DNA of 64,000 bases, from the NCBI GenBank assembly GCA_963785235.1, contig CAWAUM010000011.1:233724-297723 (forward strand), read 5' to 3'. Of the stretch, positions 1 to 9,520 are shown one piece after another. Numbering within the stretch: position 1 is the first letter of the stretch; each line of letters starts with the position of its first letter. The notes below the pieces were generated by a model, which worked only from the letters and a program-made list of their open reading frames with translations, had not been told where the DNA came from and made no database searches. This DNA is from an uncultured delta proteobacterium (GTDB lineage: Bacteria; Desulfobacterota; Desulfomonilia; UBA1062). Both the position numbers and the translations under genes were made by a program.

Positions 1-520
1 TTATGATGTTGCTCTGGAACGGGGGTTCTTGGGACAGACCTTTGATATATGGTGTTTTGGATTCAGAGCTTTCCTGGTTCTGTATGGTAGCAGTCGTTGT
101 GCCCAGCGCCACGGTCTTTAACGGCTGAACCTTATTCTTGATATCCTCTGGGATATCGAAGTCCATGATAAGGAGCTTGTTGTCCTGGGACACAAAGTAG
201 GGGGTCATCTGCTTCATGGCAATATCAAAGACCACATCCTCTTTGTCCTGTCTGGGAAGGATCTCCTGAATGGCTGTTGCAAACTCGGAGGTGATATACG
301 GCCGTGCAAGGCTGTTTGGTATTTTCGCCTTGTTCACCCTCAGCACGATGCTGTTGCCTTCACGGTTCACGTCGTAGGCAGCCTGTCCGTCAAGGCCGAT
401 CTGGAGCCTTGATTTGTTCTCCACATTCATGAAGTCCACACTCTTGATGGTCAATCCGAATGCGGTCAGCGGCATGGCCAGCAAGCCGATTATGAGTACT
501 AGGATGGTATGTCTCTTCAT
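1..520 (-). CDS. pilQ: Type IV pilus secretin PilQ, N-terminal part (gene runs off the window start)
   Basis: Absent from the ORF track because it has no stop inside the window. Reverse-strand ATG at 518-520, 1 nt after the pilP stop. Hand translation MKRHTILVLIIGLLAMPLTAFGLTIKSVDFMNVENKSRLQIGLDGQAAYDVNREGNSIVLRV gives a signal peptide plus an AMIN-like N-domain. It follows pilMNOP. Confidence 0.75.
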   Translation of the reverse strand, partial: MKRHTILVLIIGLLAMPLTAFGLTIKSVDFMNVENKSRLQIGLDGQAAYDVNREGNSIVLRVNKAKIPNSLARPYITSEFATAIQEILPRQDKEDVVFDIAMKQMTPYFVSQDNKLLIMDFDIPEDIKNKVQPLKTVALGTTTATIQNQESSESKTPYIKGLSQEPPFQSNII

Positions 521-521
521 G

Positions 522-1046
522 CTACTTTACCCCCTCTTCCTTCTTGAGAGCCAATACAACTTCTCGGGTGGTTATGCGACCCATGTAGTCTTTGAAGTGT
601 TGTTTGATGGTAACGCCGTCTTTTGCAACCCTGGTGACAATTCCATTATTATCACCGATAAGTGTGCCTTCGGTGATAATGTATCCCATTCCTGATGAAT
701 CCTGGATAAGGGCACGGTTCTGTTTGGAGAGGATAACTCCAACGACATAGACCTGTGAAATGGAGAGCCTCTGGAGCGCATCCGGACCCTTATCGCTACC
801 CTGGCCTATCTCACCTGGGTTGATACCCGCGAAGGGCTGGAAAGGGTCGCGAATGCCTATTATTTGGTATTCCGGTTTTTTCTCTTCCTCCTGGACAAGC
901 ACCGGTGTAACCACTTCAGCCTTTTTCTGGGTTGCGGGATGCGGGGGCTGACCTGTTGTACCTGTTGACGGCTGCTTGCAACCTGGCAAGGCGAAGAGCA
1001 CTCCGGTCAAAAGCACGATCAGGAAGGAGTAGATAATTCTTTTCAT
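522..1046 (-). CDS. pilP: Type IV pilus assembly lipoprotein PilP
   Basis: 174 aa. Lipobox LFALPG-C, a Pro/Thr-rich linker, then a beta-domain (VYVVGVILSKQNRALIQDSSGMGYIITEGTLIG). 4-nt overlap with pilO. Sits in pilMNOPQ order. Confidence 0.85.
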   Translation of the reverse strand: MKRIIYSFLIVLLTGVLFALPGCKQPSTGTTGQPPHPATQKKAEVVTPVLVQEEEKKPEYQIIGIRDPFQPFAGINPGEIGQGSDKGPDALQRLSISQVYVVGVILSKQNRALIQDSSGMGYIITEGTLIGDNNGIVTRVAKDGVTIKQHFKDYMGRITTREVVLALKKEEGVK

Positions 1047-1660
1047 TTCTTCCCTCCTTTAGCTGCATCCGCAACTGGTGGTTCGGGCTTTGCCGTTTCA
1101 ATGAACTTATAGGTAACGGCCTTGCAGGACGTGGCCACCATCGTACCGCCCGCGGGGTCTTTTTTAGGGGTGCCTGTAGAGATGTCCACGATGTTGACTA
1201 TCCTGGGCATCCTGGAAACATTGTTAAAGAAGGTTACTATGTCGCGGTATTTCCCCTCAACCTGGATATCTACCGGGATCTCAGCAAAAAAGTTCTTGGC
1301 AACCTCGGGCAAGGGTTTGAAAAGTTTAAACTGCAACCCCGCTGCTGTCCCCAGCGAGGAGACATTTTCCAGCAGTGTCGGTATTTCACTTTTATCAGGG
1401 AGTTGTTTCAGGGCAATGTAGAGCTTGGCCCTTGTTTGTTCAAGTTCGGCAAGGTACCTGGCTTTTTCCTTTACGATCACCTTTTTGGCTGCAAGCTCGG
1501 ACTTGAGTTGATTCAACTCCGGCTCTATGGTCCTGATATCGGTGAGTACCGGTTTGTAGAATACCTGCCAGTAGACACCGAGGATTGCAGCCAGGATGAC
1601 CACGAGGACAAGCACCTTAATAAGCGCTTTCTGTCGTAAGAGTATATCGATTATATTCAT
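1043..1660 (-). CDS. pilO: Type IV pilus assembly protein PilO
   Basis: 205 aa. Single N-terminal TM helix, a coiled-coil segment and a C-terminal alpha/beta domain. Located between pilN and pilP. Confidence 0.8.
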   Translation of the reverse strand: MNIIDILLRQKALIKVLVLVVILAAILGVYWQVFYKPVLTDIRTIEPELNQLKSELAAKKVIVKEKARYLAELEQTRAKLYIALKQLPDKSEIPTLLENVSSLGTAAGLQFKLFKPLPEVAKNFFAEIPVDIQVEGKYRDIVTFFNNVSRMPRIVNIVDISTGTPKKDPAGGTMVATSCKAVTYKFIETAKPEPPVADAAKGGKK

Positions 1661-1668
1661 AATCTACC

Positions 1669-2202
1669 TCAGGCTGACAACTTAATCGTGCACGTGATGG
1701 AAAACTTCTGTTTGCCCCCTTCTTGTTGAGAGAGCACAAGGGTCACATTATCGAAATGCTTGGATGCCTGAAGCTGTTTCATGAATGTGGCAATGGTGGT
1801 ATTGTCCACTGCCTGACCTTCTATCACCATGCTGTCGCCCTTGTTGCTCAGAGAGGTGAGCCATGCCTTATCGGGGATTATTGTGCTCAATTCATCCAGT
1901 ACTTCCACCGGGCCGGTTTTCTTGGCATTGAGGTCTTGGATTACATCGAGCTTTTTTTCCAGCTCCTGTTTTTGTTGTTTGAACTTTTCGATCTCGCCGG
2001 CTTCAACGGTGAGCTTCTTGATCTCTATCTTTGTGGCTGCAACTTCCCTTATGAGGGATTCCCTCTGTGATACAATAGAGGCTTGGACGAACCATTCAAA
2101 GATGAGCGTGAGAACAACACAGAGGCCTATAAGGACTATATGCTCCACCAGGGCCTTTTTCCTCAGTTCCAGCCGGATGGGTAATAGATTTATCTTTACC
2201 AT
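1669..2202 (-). CDS. pilN: Type IV pilus assembly protein PilN
   Basis: 177 aa beginning MVKINLLPIR (canonical PilN N-terminal INLLP motif that binds PilM), followed by a single TM helix and a coiled coil. Confidence 0.85.
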   Translation of the reverse strand: MVKINLLPIRLELRKKALVEHIVLIGLCVVLTLIFEWFVQASIVSQRESLIREVAATKIEIKKLTVEAGEIEKFKQQKQELEKKLDVIQDLNAKKTGPVEVLDELSTIIPDKAWLTSLSNKGDSMVIEGQAVDNTTIATFMKQLQASKHFDNVTLVLSQQEGGKQKFSITCTIKLSA

Positions 2203-3254
2203 TTATAGTCGGCCCTCCTTAATGCAAGGCCCACGGCCACAGCCATCTGTGGTGCGATATAGGCCATATATTCCGGGTCAAACACCCTATCGTCCCATTT
2301 GATATTATTAAAGGGATTGACCACCTCAACCGGGATCTCCATCTGTTTCTCCAGCAGCTTGACAAGACCTGGTATCTTGCTGGATCCGCCACTCATGTAG
2401 ATCTTCTCGATATTCTCATTGACCATGGTGGACAGGAAAAAGTCCAGTGTCCGCCTGATTTCCTGGACATAGGTTTCTGATGCCATCTTAAAGATGTAGT
2501 TGATCTTCTCAAGGTCGATGCCCTCGATGTTCGCCCCGGTCTTAATGTTCTCAGCCCGTTCGTAACTCACGCTGAATTCGCGCTGGATCCTCTCTGTAAG
2601 CTGTCTGCCACCCATGGAGATGTCACGTGCAAAGATCGACATGCCGTCTTTAATGACATTGATGTTGATCATGGAGGCTCCGGCGTTCACGAGCGCCACA
2701 ATAGACTCCGTAGCATCCGGGTAGTTGACTTCATACATGCTCTCCAGGGAGAAGACGTCGATGTCCATGAGCATGGGCTTTAAGCCGGCATTCTTTACGG
2801 CTGAAGAGTAATCATCAACCAATTCCCTCTTGGCGGCTACGATGAGCACATCCATCATGTCTGTTCGCTCCAGGCTCTCGCCTAAGATGAAGGAGTCAAA
2901 ATAGACATCGTTAATATCAAAGGGTATATACTGCTCCGCCTCAACAGGGAGTGTCTGTCTGAGTTCAGCTTCGCTCTGGAGGGGGAGTTCGGCCTTTTTC
3001 ACAATAACGGAATGGCCGGATATTGCAGTGGCCGCGCCGCGGGACCTCACCTTCAGGTTTTCCCTGAGGTTCTTGATGGTATCCACCACGGTCTCAGAAT
3101 CCATAATATCCTTGTCTACGATACACTCGGCAGGGATCAGGCCAAGCCCTAAGGCCTTAAGCTGGTAGCCGCTTCGTGTCTTGGCTATATCCACCATCTT
3201 GATGGATTGTGAGCCGATATCCAAACCAAGCAGATTTTTTTCAAAAAACATCAC
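2196..3254 (-). CDS. pilM: Type IV pilus assembly ATPase-fold protein PilM
   Basis: 352 aa with an actin/FtsA-like fold. Has the LGLDIGSQSIKMV phosphate-binding motif. Its end overlaps the pilN start. Confidence 0.9.
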   Translation of the reverse strand: MMFFEKNLLGLDIGSQSIKMVDIAKTRSGYQLKALGLGLIPAECIVDKDIMDSETVVDTIKNLRENLKVRSRGAATAISGHSVIVKKAELPLQSEAELRQTLPVEAEQYIPFDINDVYFDSFILGESLERTDMMDVLIVAAKRELVDDYSSAVKNAGLKPMLMDIDVFSLESMYEVNYPDATESIVALVNAGASMININVIKDGMSIFARDISMGGRQLTERIQREFSVSYERAENIKTGANIEGIDLEKINYIFKMASETYVQEIRRTLDFFLSTMVNENIEKIYMSGGSSKIPGLVKLLEKQMEIPVEVVNPFNNIKWDDRVFDPEYMAYIAPQMAVAVGLALRRADYKW

Positions 3255-3266
3255 ACCACCCCGCGA

Positions 3267-3590
3267 TCAAGACTTTTTCTTTTTGAACACTACGATGGTA
3301 TCTCCGGATCTCACCAAGTTCAACTCCTTTACGATCACATGCTCGATGTATGCCATGTTGTCTTTGAGCATAGTGGCTTCCTGCATCAGCGAAGCATTTT
3401 CCTTTTCGAGCGCTGCAGTTCGATTTTTCAGAGTAGCAAGCTCGCGGTGGAGTTGATAACCTCGAATGATCCCCTTCTCGCCTGGAAGAGTGAACACGAG
3501 CAGTAACGCAATAACCAAGATCAAACCAAAGGTTAAGGAATGCGTAACTGTCATTGTGTTTACTATACTCCATTTGTATTGGGATCGCAT
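3267..3590 (-). CDS. ftsB: Septum formation initiator FtsB/DivIC family
   Basis: 107 aa with a single TM helix, then a leucine-zipper-like coiled coil (LATLKNRTAALEKENASLMQEATMLKDNMAYIEHV) and a KELNLVRSGDTIVVF tail typical of FtsB. Confidence 0.7.
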   Translation of the reverse strand: MRSQYKWSIVNTMTVTHSLTFGLILVIALLLVFTLPGEKGIIRGYQLHRELATLKNRTAALEKENASLMQEATMLKDNMAYIEHVIVKELNLVRSGDTIVVFKKKKS

Positions 3591-3743
3591 TAAAAATCAG
3601 TTCTTCCCTATGCATAGCCTATCTATCGGGAAGGGGAAAGTGAATCTTTAGGAAAATATCAAATTGGTAACAGAGGTTGTCGAGGGAATAGGAATTTGGC
3701 TTGCCGGGTTACGATGTCGTAATGATAGTTCCCATTGTGATGG

Positions 3744-4433
3744 TCATCTTGAGAACCGGTAATGGATCCCTGTGCCCAAACCCAGAAGAAAGCCGCCAAT
3801 ATGGGAAAACCACGCCACCGAACTTGCAGAGTGCATACTGAGGTACCCATGTACACCCTGGATGAAGAACCAGATGAGGATGAAGATAATGGAAGGGACC
3901 TCAATAATCTCAATCAGCAGAATCAATGGGATCAATGTAAGAATACGACCCTTGGGGTTCAGGATAAGATAGGCCCCCATGACGGCTGCAATGGCACCTG
4001 AGGCGCCCACCACAGGGACGGATGACTGGGGATTTATTATGGTGTGTGCATAGAAGGCTGCAAAGATTGCAACGATATAGAAGAGCATAAAGCGAATTAC
4101 TCCCAGATTCTTTTCCAAGGGCGGGCCGAAGACTGACAAGAAGATGAGATTACCGATGAGATGGATGTAGCCTGAATGGATGAACCCCGAGGCAAGAATG
4201 GCCGTATGTACCTTTAAAAAATTTGTATTGCCTACGATGAGGTACCCGGCAATATCAGCAGGGCTTACGCGAAACATATGAAATAGCTGTTCGCCGAGCC
4301 TGATCTCCTGAATGAACATAGCTAGGTTCAAGATTATAAGACAGGCGGTTGCTGGGGCAAAACCTCTGGGGGCGCTTGTGTCCCGGACGGGGATCATGGG
4401 TGAAGCAATACCATGAAAAGATCTATGGGGCAA
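3744..4433 (-). CDS. Rhomboid family intramembrane serine protease
   Basis: 229 aa polytopic membrane protein with the catalytic GASGAI (GxSG) and HIGGFLLG (His) motifs. Confidence 0.85.
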   Translation of the reverse strand: MPHRSFHGIASPMIPVRDTSAPRGFAPATACLIILNLAMFIQEIRLGEQLFHMFRVSPADIAGYLIVGNTNFLKVHTAILASGFIHSGYIHLIGNLIFLSVFGPPLEKNLGVIRFMLFYIVAIFAAFYAHTIINPQSSVPVVGASGAIAAVMGAYLILNPKGRILTLIPLILLIEIIEVPSIIFILIWFFIQGVHGYLSMHSASSVAWFSHIGGFLLGLGTGIHYRFSR

Positions 4434-4465
4434 GGTGATCGCATTATGGTATATATGTACTTGCC

Positions 4466-4684
4466 ATGAGACAACTCGGGACCCCGCTTATCTTTGCCGG
4501 TATCATAGTGATACTTCTGGGCATCTTTTTTAGTATGGGAGGCAGCTTATCCTGGCTGGGAAGGTTGCCCGGCGATATGAGGATTACAAGGCCGGGCTTC
4601 AATTTCTATTTCCCCATAACAACGTCCATATTTTTAAGCATCATAGTCAGCCTGGTGCTGTACCTTATCAGGCATTTCAGATGA
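4466..4684 (+). CDS. Small membrane protein, DUF2905-like
   Basis: 72 aa with two TM helices and the LGRLPGDMRI..GFNFYFPITTSI pattern I associate with DUF2905. ATGA overlap with the next gene. Confidence 0.55.
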   Translation: MRQLGTPLIFAGIIVILLGIFFSMGGSLSWLGRLPGDMRITRPGFNFYFPITTSIFLSIIVSLVLYLIRHFR

Positions 4685-5952
4685 GAGATGTGTCTTTAGA
4701 CAACTTCATTGCATGGTTTGTTCGCATGAACTCAAAGGCCAGCTTTACCTTTGATGAAGGGGGGAGAGCATTTCATCCGGTTGCACCTTCTCATCCGGTT
4801 AATCTTTACATCCACATTCCATTTTGCGTGCAGCTCTGCCCGTACTGCTCTTTCCACCGTTATCAATTTGAAGAGGGTGTGGCCAGGGAATATTTCCTGG
4901 CATTGAGACAGGAGTTGCAGCTCTATGCGCAGAAGGGTTTTTGTTTCTCATCGGTCTATATAGGGGGCGGAACCCCAACGGTCCTGATGGATGAGCTTTT
5001 TTGTACCATCGGGCTCATCAATACCCTGTTCTCTCCGGCAGAGATTTCTGTAGAGACAAACCCGGACCGTCTTGATAAAGGGCTCCTGGCTTCTCTTGCC
5101 AATGCGGGGGTGGGAAGGGTATCGGTGGGCATCCAGAGCTTTTCTGACGAGATCTTGAAGGCTATCGGGCGATATGAAAAGTACGGCAGCGGAGATGAAC
5201 TGGCCCACAAGGTCTCAGAGGCAATGGGTATTGTGGAAACCTTGAATGTGGACATGATATACAACTTCCCCATTCAGGACTCCTCTATGCTCGAACATGA
5301 CCTCAGGACACTTCTGAAGATTCTCCCGGACCAGGTCACCTTCTATCCTCTTATGATATCCCAGGCCACCCGTGCTCAGATGGAAGGTATCATGGGGAAA
5401 GGCAGCCCTGAGACAGGGAGGTTTTTTTATGCCATGATTACATCAGAGCTTGAATCTGTGTATACGCCAAATTCAGCGTGGTGCTTTTCCCGGGGCGGTG
5501 CACCCATGATCGATGAATACGTGGTTGGCGGCCAGGAGTACGCAGGAGCCGGTAGCGGTGCCTTTGGTCTGGTGAATGGGGTAATGTATGCGAATACCTT
5601 TTCACTACCAGAGTATGTGAAATCGATAAAATCCTCTAAGCTGCCCATCAAACATGCCAAGACCTTCTCGCGCCATGAAATGGCCCGCTACTGCCTTCTC
5701 ATGAACCTTTTCGGACTCAAGCTTGATCTCGGATTATTCAGACAACGTTTCGGGCATTCCGTGTGGAGGCTGCTCGGGCCGGAGATACTCTTTTTTATTC
5801 TGGCCGGGGCTTTTCGCATAACACCCGGACAGATAAGCCTGACCAAGCGTGGGCGATACTACTGGGTCATCATGATGAGAGAATTCTTTACCGGTGTGGA
5901 CAATTTTCGTGATGCAAGCAGGGAGGCTGTTCTCCTTAAAGCAGGCGATTGA
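4681..5952 (+). CDS. Radical SAM protein, HemN/HemW (oxygen-independent coproporphyrinogen III oxidase-like) family
   Basis: 423 aa. LYIHIPFCVQLCPYCSF contains the CxxxCxxC radical-SAM cluster motif in the HemN-family context. GGGTPT motif follows. Confidence 0.75.
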   Translation: MRDVSLDNFIAWFVRMNSKASFTFDEGGRAFHPVAPSHPVNLYIHIPFCVQLCPYCSFHRYQFEEGVAREYFLALRQELQLYAQKGFCFSSVYIGGGTPTVLMDELFCTIGLINTLFSPAEISVETNPDRLDKGLLASLANAGVGRVSVGIQSFSDEILKAIGRYEKYGSGDELAHKVSEAMGIVETLNVDMIYNFPIQDSSMLEHDLRTLLKILPDQVTFYPLMISQATRAQMEGIMGKGSPETGRFFYAMITSELESVYTPNSAWCFSRGGAPMIDEYVVGGQEYAGAGSGAFGLVNGVMYANTFSLPEYVKSIKSSKLPIKHAKTFSRHEMARYCLLMNLFGLKLDLGLFRQRFGHSVWRLLGPEILFFILAGAFRITPGQISLTKRGRYYWVIMMREFFTGVDNFRDASREAVLLKAGD

Positions 5953-6005
5953 AGTGACCCCTGCATAGCCTTCCAGACATTTTGTTGCGAGAGGAAAAAA
6001 CCTTA

Positions 6006-6056
6006 CCCGTTCAAAACATGCATCTTGGTGAAACCAAGATGCATGTTTTGAACGGG
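6006..6056. terminator. Perfect 24-bp palindrome with 3-nt loop; probable bidirectional intrinsic terminator and copy 1 of a repeat family
   Basis: cccgttcaaaacatgcatcttggt (6006-6029), gaa loop, accaagatgcatgttttgaacggg (6033-6056). An A6 run lies upstream and a T-rich run (aatttttggttt) downstream, so a T/U tract follows the hairpin on either strand. Sits between the convergent hemN-like and dnaA genes. Confidence 0.65.
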
Positions 6057-6122
6057 CCAATTTTTGGTTTGCATCTCAAGGATTCTTTTGTTGTGAAATG
6101 TTCTGATGAGGGTAAAAAGCCC

Positions 6123-7469
6123 TCAAGCCGACTCACTGTCAAGCTTCTCAATGAGGAAATCAATCTCCCGCTTCACCTTGAGGTTCTGTGTGTACTGGGC
6201 CTCGATTGTCTCTAGGGAGTGGATGACAGAGGAGTGCTTCCGGGAGAAGGCCTCGCCAATGATCTGCAGCGGCTCCTCAGTATAACGTCTGCACAGGAAG
6301 ATAGCCACCTGGCGTGGATATACGATGTCCTTCTTCCGTGAAGGTGAGACAATCTTGTCTTTGGGTATGGAAAAATTTTTCGAGATGAAATCAAGAATAT
6401 ACGGGATGTTTATCCGCTGCTGTTTTTCCAGGGTCCCTTCAAGGAGTTCCCGGGCAAGCTCCAGGGTGATCGTACGCTTCATGAGAGAGCTCATGGCGGA
6501 AATGGTCATCACCGCACTTTCCAAGTCCCTGATGCTGGTATGGATGGTATTGCTCATGAACTCCACCACCTCATCGGGCATGCTTACCCCGTTCTTTTTT
6601 GCCTTGTGGCGGACAATCTTGGCCCTCGTTGTCTTATCAGGGCGCTTGATATCGATAACGAGCCCAGAAGATAAGCGTGACCTGAGTCCCTTGTCGATCT
6701 GGGGTATGGAAGTGGGCGGACGGAAGCCCGAGAGGATCACCTGCTTGCCCGCACTGATGAGGTCGTCAAGCACATGGCATAATTCAACCTGGGTCTTTTC
6801 CTTATTTTTGAAGAGATGGACATCATCAATAAAAAAGATATCCATGTTTTGGCTTCGGTATGAGCTTTTGAAGGAACTGAGAAAATTGTTTCTCACCGAG
6901 TGGACATAATCCTGCGTAAAGTCCCTGGCTGTAGTGTACCGCACACTGGTCCCATTGCGTAATGAAACGAGCTTGTTCCCTATGGCATGGGAGATGTGGC
7001 TCTTTCCAAGACCCACATCGGAATAAAAGTACAGAGGGTTATACCGGCGCAGATCCCCTTCGGAGACCGCAAGTGCCGCCTCATAGGCAAAGGCATTGCA
7101 TTTGCCCACTACAAACTCGTCAAAGGTGAATTGGGCATTGAGTCCGGATGAGGCCGGCGTTGGAAGATGTGAGGGCAGGCTCATCTGAATGGGAAGGCTA
7201 TCAGCCTGCGCCGGCCTTTGTGCCTGATGCTCGCTGAGAGGATTTACGCAGAACTCAACATCTGCCGGTCTGCCGAGATGAGACCTGACAGATGAGATGA
7301 TAAGATCTTTATAAACCCGGGATATATGCCTCTGGGCAAAGACATTGGGACAGCGGACAAAGACAGTGCCATCCTCCTCACAGATATCGATCTGGTCTAT
7401 GAGCGCCCTGTCCGATGCGGCATGCGACATTGAGAGAATAGATTCTTTAATAATTGCAAAGTGATTCAC
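6123..7469 (-). CDS. dnaA: Chromosomal replication initiator protein DnaA
   Basis: 448 aa. AAA+ Walker A GLGKSHISHAIG, Walker B FFIDDVH, and C-terminal DNA-binding domain IV (VYPRQVAIFLCRRYTEEPLQIIGEAFSRKHSSVIHS). Confidence 0.95.
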   Translation of the reverse strand: MNHFAIIKESILSMSHAASDRALIDQIDICEEDGTVFVRCPNVFAQRHISRVYKDLIISSVRSHLGRPADVEFCVNPLSEHQAQRPAQADSLPIQMSLPSHLPTPASSGLNAQFTFDEFVVGKCNAFAYEAALAVSEGDLRRYNPLYFYSDVGLGKSHISHAIGNKLVSLRNGTSVRYTTARDFTQDYVHSVRNNFLSSFKSSYRSQNMDIFFIDDVHLFKNKEKTQVELCHVLDDLISAGKQVILSGFRPPTSIPQIDKGLRSRLSSGLVIDIKRPDKTTRAKIVRHKAKKNGVSMPDEVVEFMSNTIHTSIRDLESAVMTISAMSSLMKRTITLELARELLEGTLEKQQRINIPYILDFISKNFSIPKDKIVSPSRKKDIVYPRQVAIFLCRRYTEEPLQIIGEAFSRKHSSVIHSLETIEAQYTQNLKVKREIDFLIEKLDSESA

Positions 7470-7727
7470 AAAAAACCCCCACAGAGAGTAAATTCATAGT
7501 TAACGGGTGACATAATGGGTCTAGTGAAAAAAAAGGTCAAAGGTGAAACACCCCGGTTATAGGTAGACCGTGTTAATTTTGTGTAAAGGGAAATAACTAT
7601 AGTAATATTAATAACATGAATAGCGGATCGCGACATTCAGGGCATCTGGTGGCACCCGTTCAGGACTCTGGTCGTACCTGGTTCCGGAAGTCTTATCTAC
7701 ATTTTGTAGAAAACTGATGAGCTCTTA

Positions 7728-9162
7728 TTATCTTGATCTTTCTTTGAAAACTTTGAGATTACGATAGATGAGTGAATACTGCCCGGCAGGTTTTGCCCAG
7801 CTCACATCGAGTTCCATTGCATTGCTTATCATAGCATTAAGCAGGTCTCTCTCATCTTTAAAGATTCTGCATGCCTGTGAGACCGCATGCAGCAGTGCTT
7901 CCGTGTCTGGGGTAGGTCACCCGCAGGCCTGTGGGGTTATCGCCTTCGCCAAGGGCAGTGACCGTATCCCGTAAGCCCCCTACACCGGTAACGATGGGGA
8001 TGGTACCATAGCGCATGCTGATCAGCTGGTTTAGCCCGCACGGCTCGAACCGGGAAGGCATGAGAAAAAAATCAGATCCTGCCTCGATGGCATGGGCCTT
8101 TGTCTCATCGAACCCTATGAAGATACCGACCTGTCCGCCGAATTCCTGATGGAGTTCGGCGAGTTTGCGCTCAAAGGCAGGGTTCCCGTTTCCGAGAATG
8201 ACTAATTTGGCACCCATGGCCGCTATCTTCGGGATGGCATCCAGTACGCAATCGATGCCCTTCTGCTCAACGAGGCGGCTGATGAGCCCGAATACCGGGG
8301 CGTCGTCAAGGGCCAATGAGAACATCTCCAGTAGAGCCCTTTTGCACAAGGCCTTGCCCTTTAAATCCCTTGCAGAATACTGAGAAGCTATGAGGATGTC
8401 TTCAGCCGGATTCCATGTATCGATATCTATGCCGTTGGCAATACCGGTGAGCTTATATGAAATGGCTTTGAGGAGCCCATCGAGGCCGCTTCCGAACTCA
8501 CTTGTCTGGATCTCCTGGGCATAAGTGGGGCTCACGGTATTCACTGCATCGGCAAATATAAGCCCGGCCTTCATGATGTTTATCCTGCCATAATATTCCA
8601 TGGCATCAGGGTGGAATAACTCGTGCGGCAGGAAGAGCATGGACCAGAGTATGGCATCGAAGAGGCCCTGGTAGGCTAGGTTATGGATGGTGAACAGGCT
8701 GCCGACCTTCTCGATGCCTGCGTCTTTCATGTAGGCAAGCACCAGGGCTGTCTGCCAGTCATTGCAGTGGACGATATCCACATCACCCATGAGCCTGATC
8801 ATCTCCACACATGCCCGCGAGAAGAAGGCGAAGCGCTCGAGGTTATCCGGATAATCGTAGCCCGCAAAGGAATACAGACCTGTCCGGTCAGAGAACAGCG
8901 GATGCGAAATGAAGTAGGTCGTGCCATGCGAGAAGATCTTCGCTTCCGAAATCCCCGTTCCGGTGAGGACCGATATATCGCCATGGGGCTTCAGTGCAAG
9001 TCCCATGTTCATGACTTCACGGTACAGCGGCATCACCACGGAACAATCAATACCCTGCCGGTTAAGCTCGGCAGGCAGGGCCGCGCTTACATCCGCCAGT
9101 CCCCCGGTCTTTGCATACGGAGTGACCTCGGATGAACATACCAATACCTTCATAACAGCCAT
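7728..9162 (-). CDS. glgA: Glycogen synthase GlgA (reading frame interrupted near 7900 as assembled)
   Basis: N-terminus MKVLVCSSEVTPYAKTGGLADV is the GlgA signature. The track ORF 7858-9162 ends prematurely. The conserved C-terminus (EALLHAVSQACRIFKDERDLLNAMISNAMELDVSWAKPAGQYSLIY) continues in another frame to a TAA at 7728-7730. Confidence 0.85.
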
Positions 9163-9520
9163 AGTTTATACCATACACTAAGAATGGTCGGGCAGTAAAG
9201 ACAAGGGAGTACAAACCCGGATTTTACAGGTGGACATGTCCATGAATAGGTTCTGTACTTCAGAAGCACCTTAAACAGTAAACCAAAAGTGTCCATGGAT
9301 TGCTTTTAAAATAGGCCGTTCATCCTTCACTTGCAGCTCAGGACAGAAATTAGCATTCCCAAACTGCATGAATGCACAAAATCCATGGGATACAAGGGGT
9401 TCTTCCTATGGAAGTATCCTTTTATATCAGAGAAAAGATCCCTGCATAAAAATAAAAGATCACACATGACATCAGAACGTGAGGTTTACTTTTAGTGCGC
9501 TATCGGGTTAAGCTGAGTTC

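Noticed and set aside
7693-7711. TTATCTACA / TGTAGAAAA inverted pair upstream of dnaA as an oriC DnaA-box cluster.
   Set aside because: Only one box is within one mismatch of TTATCCACA and no cluster of boxes is visible. This is not enough to call an origin.
9231-9395. Recurring TCCATGG/GTCCATG motifs and the GGACATGTCC palindrome in the glgA upstream spacer as an operator array.
   Set aside because: The motifs are 7-10 nt long and occur three times at irregular spacing. This is within what chance allows in a 350-bp spacer, and no regulator gene is adjacent.
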